Positions 35,966-38,070 of a stretch of DNA of 38,070 nt are shown here, one piece after another; the stretch's first letter is position 1; each line of letters starts with the position of its first letter. Both the position numbers and the translations under genes were made by a program. The notes under the pieces were generated by a model. The model ran no database searches. It saw only the letters and a program-made list of their open reading frames with translations, and had not been told where the DNA came from. The DNA lies in the IMG/VR virus record IMGVR_UViG_3300025751_000053, positions 1 through 38,070 of that record. One strand, written 5' to 3'. The stretch is from a virus (Duplodnaviria; Caudoviricetes).

Positions 35966-36163
35966 ATGGCAAAAACCGTCTTTGACGTACTTGATGACAA
36001 ACTTGCTGAGTTACAGCAAAGCCAAGAAGAATTTCTTACCAGTGGGGGCGCAAAAGATTTCCCCTCATATAAGGAATCGTGTGGGGCAATCCGAGGTCTA
36101 GCCGCCGCACGCAGAGAAGTACAAGACCTTTCGCGTAATCATTTGGAAGATGAAGATGACTGA
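35966..36163 (+). CDS. Small conserved head-module protein
   Basis: Between portal and GroES; G.AKD..SYKE.CGAIRGL motif. Confidence 0.65.
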   Translation: MAKTVFDVLDDKLAELQQSQEEFLTSGGAKDFPSYKESCGAIRGLAAARREVQDLSRNHLEDEDD

Positions 36164-36572
36164 AGTGGCAAAGCTTACTCCGCTGGAACAAAAGCGGCGC
36201 AAACAGATAGAAGAGAAAGAGCAGGCAGAAGTGGTGTTGGACGCACACGTCCCTAAACCCGTGGGATACCGCGTGCTTATTGCCCTCCCTACGATAGAAG
36301 ACACGTTTGAAGGTGGTATTGCTAAGGCCAGCTCAACCATTAGGGAAGAGACTATCCTGACTATGGTAGGGGTGGTAGTCGATATGGGTGACCAAGCCTA
36401 TAACGACAAAGAGCGGTTTCCTTCTGGCCCGTGGTGTAAAGAGGGAGACTTTGTAATGTTTCGTGCTAATACAGGCACGCGCTTTAAAGTAGGCAACGAG
36501 GAGTACCGTTTGATGAACGATGACTCTATCGAGGCCGTTATTGACGATCCGAGTAAACTGACTCGCGCATAA
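36150..36572 (+). CDS. groES: Co-chaperonin GroES (phage-encoded)
   Basis: PVGYRVLI, EGGI, GVVVDMG, KEGDFVMF, EEYRLMNDDSIEAVI. Confidence 0.85.
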   Translation: MKMTEVAKLTPLEQKRRKQIEEKEQAEVVLDAHVPKPVGYRVLIALPTIEDTFEGGIAKASSTIREETILTMVGVVVDMGDQAYNDKERFPSGPWCKEGDFVMFRANTGTRFKVGNEEYRLMNDDSIEAVIDDPSKLTRA

Positions 36573-36582
36573 GGACTAGATC

Positions 36583-37671
36583 ATGCCAATACAACAAGTT
36601 GAGTTTGAGTTCCCTGATCCTGACAAGGAAGAGAACTTACAAGAAGTAGAAGTGCCTCAAGAAGAGCCTAAAGCCGAAGAAATAGAGGTTAAAGGAGTTG
36701 AAGGGCGCGAAACTATTGAAAAACCTGCCGCCAAAGAAAAAGTAATAAAGGCAGGGGAAGTAGAAATTGAAGTGGTGGACGACGTACCCCCGGAAGACCG
36801 TGGGCGTAAACCCTCAGAACCTCCTGAAGAAGTTACTAATGAAGAGCTTGAGAACTATTCGGAGAAAGTTAAGAACCGGATCAAGCACTTTAGTAAGGGC
36901 TACCACGACGAGCGTAGGGCTAAAGAAGCCGCAGAGCGTGAACGTGAAGCTCTTGAGCAGTATGCTAGAAAATTAGTTGATGAAAATCAACAACTTAAGA
37001 CCAAAACAGACCAAAGTCATAATGCGTTAATAGAGTCTGCTAGGAAGCAGGTTGCGTCCGAATTGGCTGTAGCAACACAAGCTTATAAAAAAGCTTACGA
37101 ATCTGGCGAAACTGATGCGATTGTTGAAGCACAACAAGCTCTAAATGTAGCGCAAATCCGTGCTGATAAAGTTAAAAATTTAAAGCCCAAAGCTGTTACT
37201 GATACTAACGTAGATACAGCTTTACAACCCGAACAAAATACTGTTCAATCACAACAACTTGCGCCTGAACCGCAACCACAGCGAGATGAAAAAGCATCTG
37301 CTTGGGCAGATGAAAATACTTGGTTTGGTGATGGGCCAGAAGGTAACCCCGAAATGACTTCGTTTGCTTTTGGGGTGCATACGAAATTAGTTAATGAGGG
37401 TGTAGACCCTCGATCTGATGAATACTACGAGAAGATAAATTCTCGTATGCGACAAGTATTCCCCGATCAATTCGACGATGGAATCGAAGACGAACCAGAG
37501 GTAGCACCCAAGCAAAAACCTAGCAATGTGGTGGCTCCCGCAACGCGGAGCACAGCGCCTAAGAAAATTAGGCTCACGCCGTCACAAATAGCTATTGCGA
37601 AAAAACTTGGGGTTCCGTTGGAAACTTACGCCAAACAGGCTGCTGAATTAGCGAGGAAACAAAATGTCTAA
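36583..37671 (+). CDS. Probable capsid scaffolding protein
   Basis: Acidic N-terminus, central coiled coil, C-terminal IRLTPSQIAIAKKLGVPLETYAK helix-turn-helix; head-module position. Confidence 0.6.
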   Translation: MPIQQVEFEFPDPDKEENLQEVEVPQEEPKAEEIEVKGVEGRETIEKPAAKEKVIKAGEVEIEVVDDVPPEDRGRKPSEPPEEVTNEELENYSEKVKNRIKHFSKGYHDERRAKEAAEREREALEQYARKLVDENQQLKTKTDQSHNALIESARKQVASELAVATQAYKKAYESGETDAIVEAQQALNVAQIRADKVKNLKPKAVTDTNVDTALQPEQNTVQSQQLAPEPQPQRDEKASAWADENTWFGDGPEGNPEMTSFAFGVHTKLVNEGVDPRSDEYYEKINSRMRQVFPDQFDDGIEDEPEVAPKQKPSNVVAPATRSTAPKKIRLTPSQIAIAKKLGVPLETYAKQAAELARKQNV

Positions 37672-38070
37672 ACAGAGACAAGATAGAGAATTCGGAACTA
37701 GAGAAAGAACTATCCGTAAGCAGGCGTGGAAAAGGCCAACAGTGTTGCCTGATCCTACTCCGCAAGACGGGTATACGTTTCACTGGGTTCGTGTGAGCAC
37801 TATGGGTCAACCTGATTCGACTAATGTTTCTTCTAAATTACGTGAAGGCTGGGAGCCTGTACGTGCAGAGGATCACCCCGAAATCTTTAGCGATGCCGTT
37901 GCTGACGCACGGTTCAAAGATAACGTCATCGTAGGTGGTCTAATGTTATGTAAAGCTCCCGACGAGCTTGTCCAAGAGCGAACTGAGTATTACGACCAAT
38001 TAACGGAATCTCAGATGAACTCCGTGGACAATAACCTCATGCGCGAGAATGATCCTCGTATGCCTATATT
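37664..38070 (+). CDS. Conserved head-module protein, 3'-truncated (not in the ORF track)
   Basis: ATG 37664 after GAGGA; MSKQRQDRE...GYTFHWVRVST...KLREGWEPVRA...VGGLMLCKAP; open to the window end. Confidence 0.75.
   Translation, partial: MSKQRQDREFGTRERTIRKQAWKRPTVLPDPTPQDGYTFHWVRVSTMGQPDSTNVSSKLREGWEPVRAEDHPEIFSDAVADARFKDNVIVGGLMLCKAPDELVQERTEYYDQLTESQMNSVDNNLMRENDPRMPI

Noticed and set aside
1-38070. tRNA, rRNA, integrase, reverse transcriptase/DGR, intein or intron
   Set aside because: No such motifs seen by eye; polA, terL and helicase ORFs are uninterrupted and of ordinary length. A covariance-model search could still find small RNAs.

Overview
The whole window is a tailed dsDNA phage genome segment (podovirus-like gene set), with no obvious host genes, rRNA, tRNA, integrase or CRISPR array. 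Layout: (i) 1-9939 (+), virion/ejection-protein genes, including a lytic transglycosylase protein and a 1856-aa zincin-containing giant; (ii) 9936-23256 (-), replication module: primase-helicase, Cro-like HTH, SSB-like fusion, SNF2 helicase, HNH proteins, PD-(D/E)XK nuclease, thermonuclease, SleB-like hydrolase, Leu762-type family A DNA polymerase, VRR-NUC; (iii) 23327-30880 (-), presumed early region with sigma70-like promoters and an AAA ATPase / vWA-metallopeptidase / DUF3150-like triad; (iv) 30890-31390, non-coding hinge with a G-quadruplex-forming tract and 10-bp phased repeats, probably the packaging or terminus region; (v) 31391-38070 (+), TerS-like, TerL, portal, GroES, scaffold-like and a truncated head gene. 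The strongest unexplained signal is a perfect 20-bp palindrome, AACATTGAATATTCAATGTT, seen 8 times, only in the early region and always at gene junctions (abutting stop codons, Shine-Dalgarno sites or terminators). Other leads: a mirror-arranged TGTTAY iteron field, a structured ncRNA candidate after the polymerase, and an in-frame two-domain SSB fusion with an internal ribosome-binding site. All product calls come from motif recognition by eye; no database searches were run.
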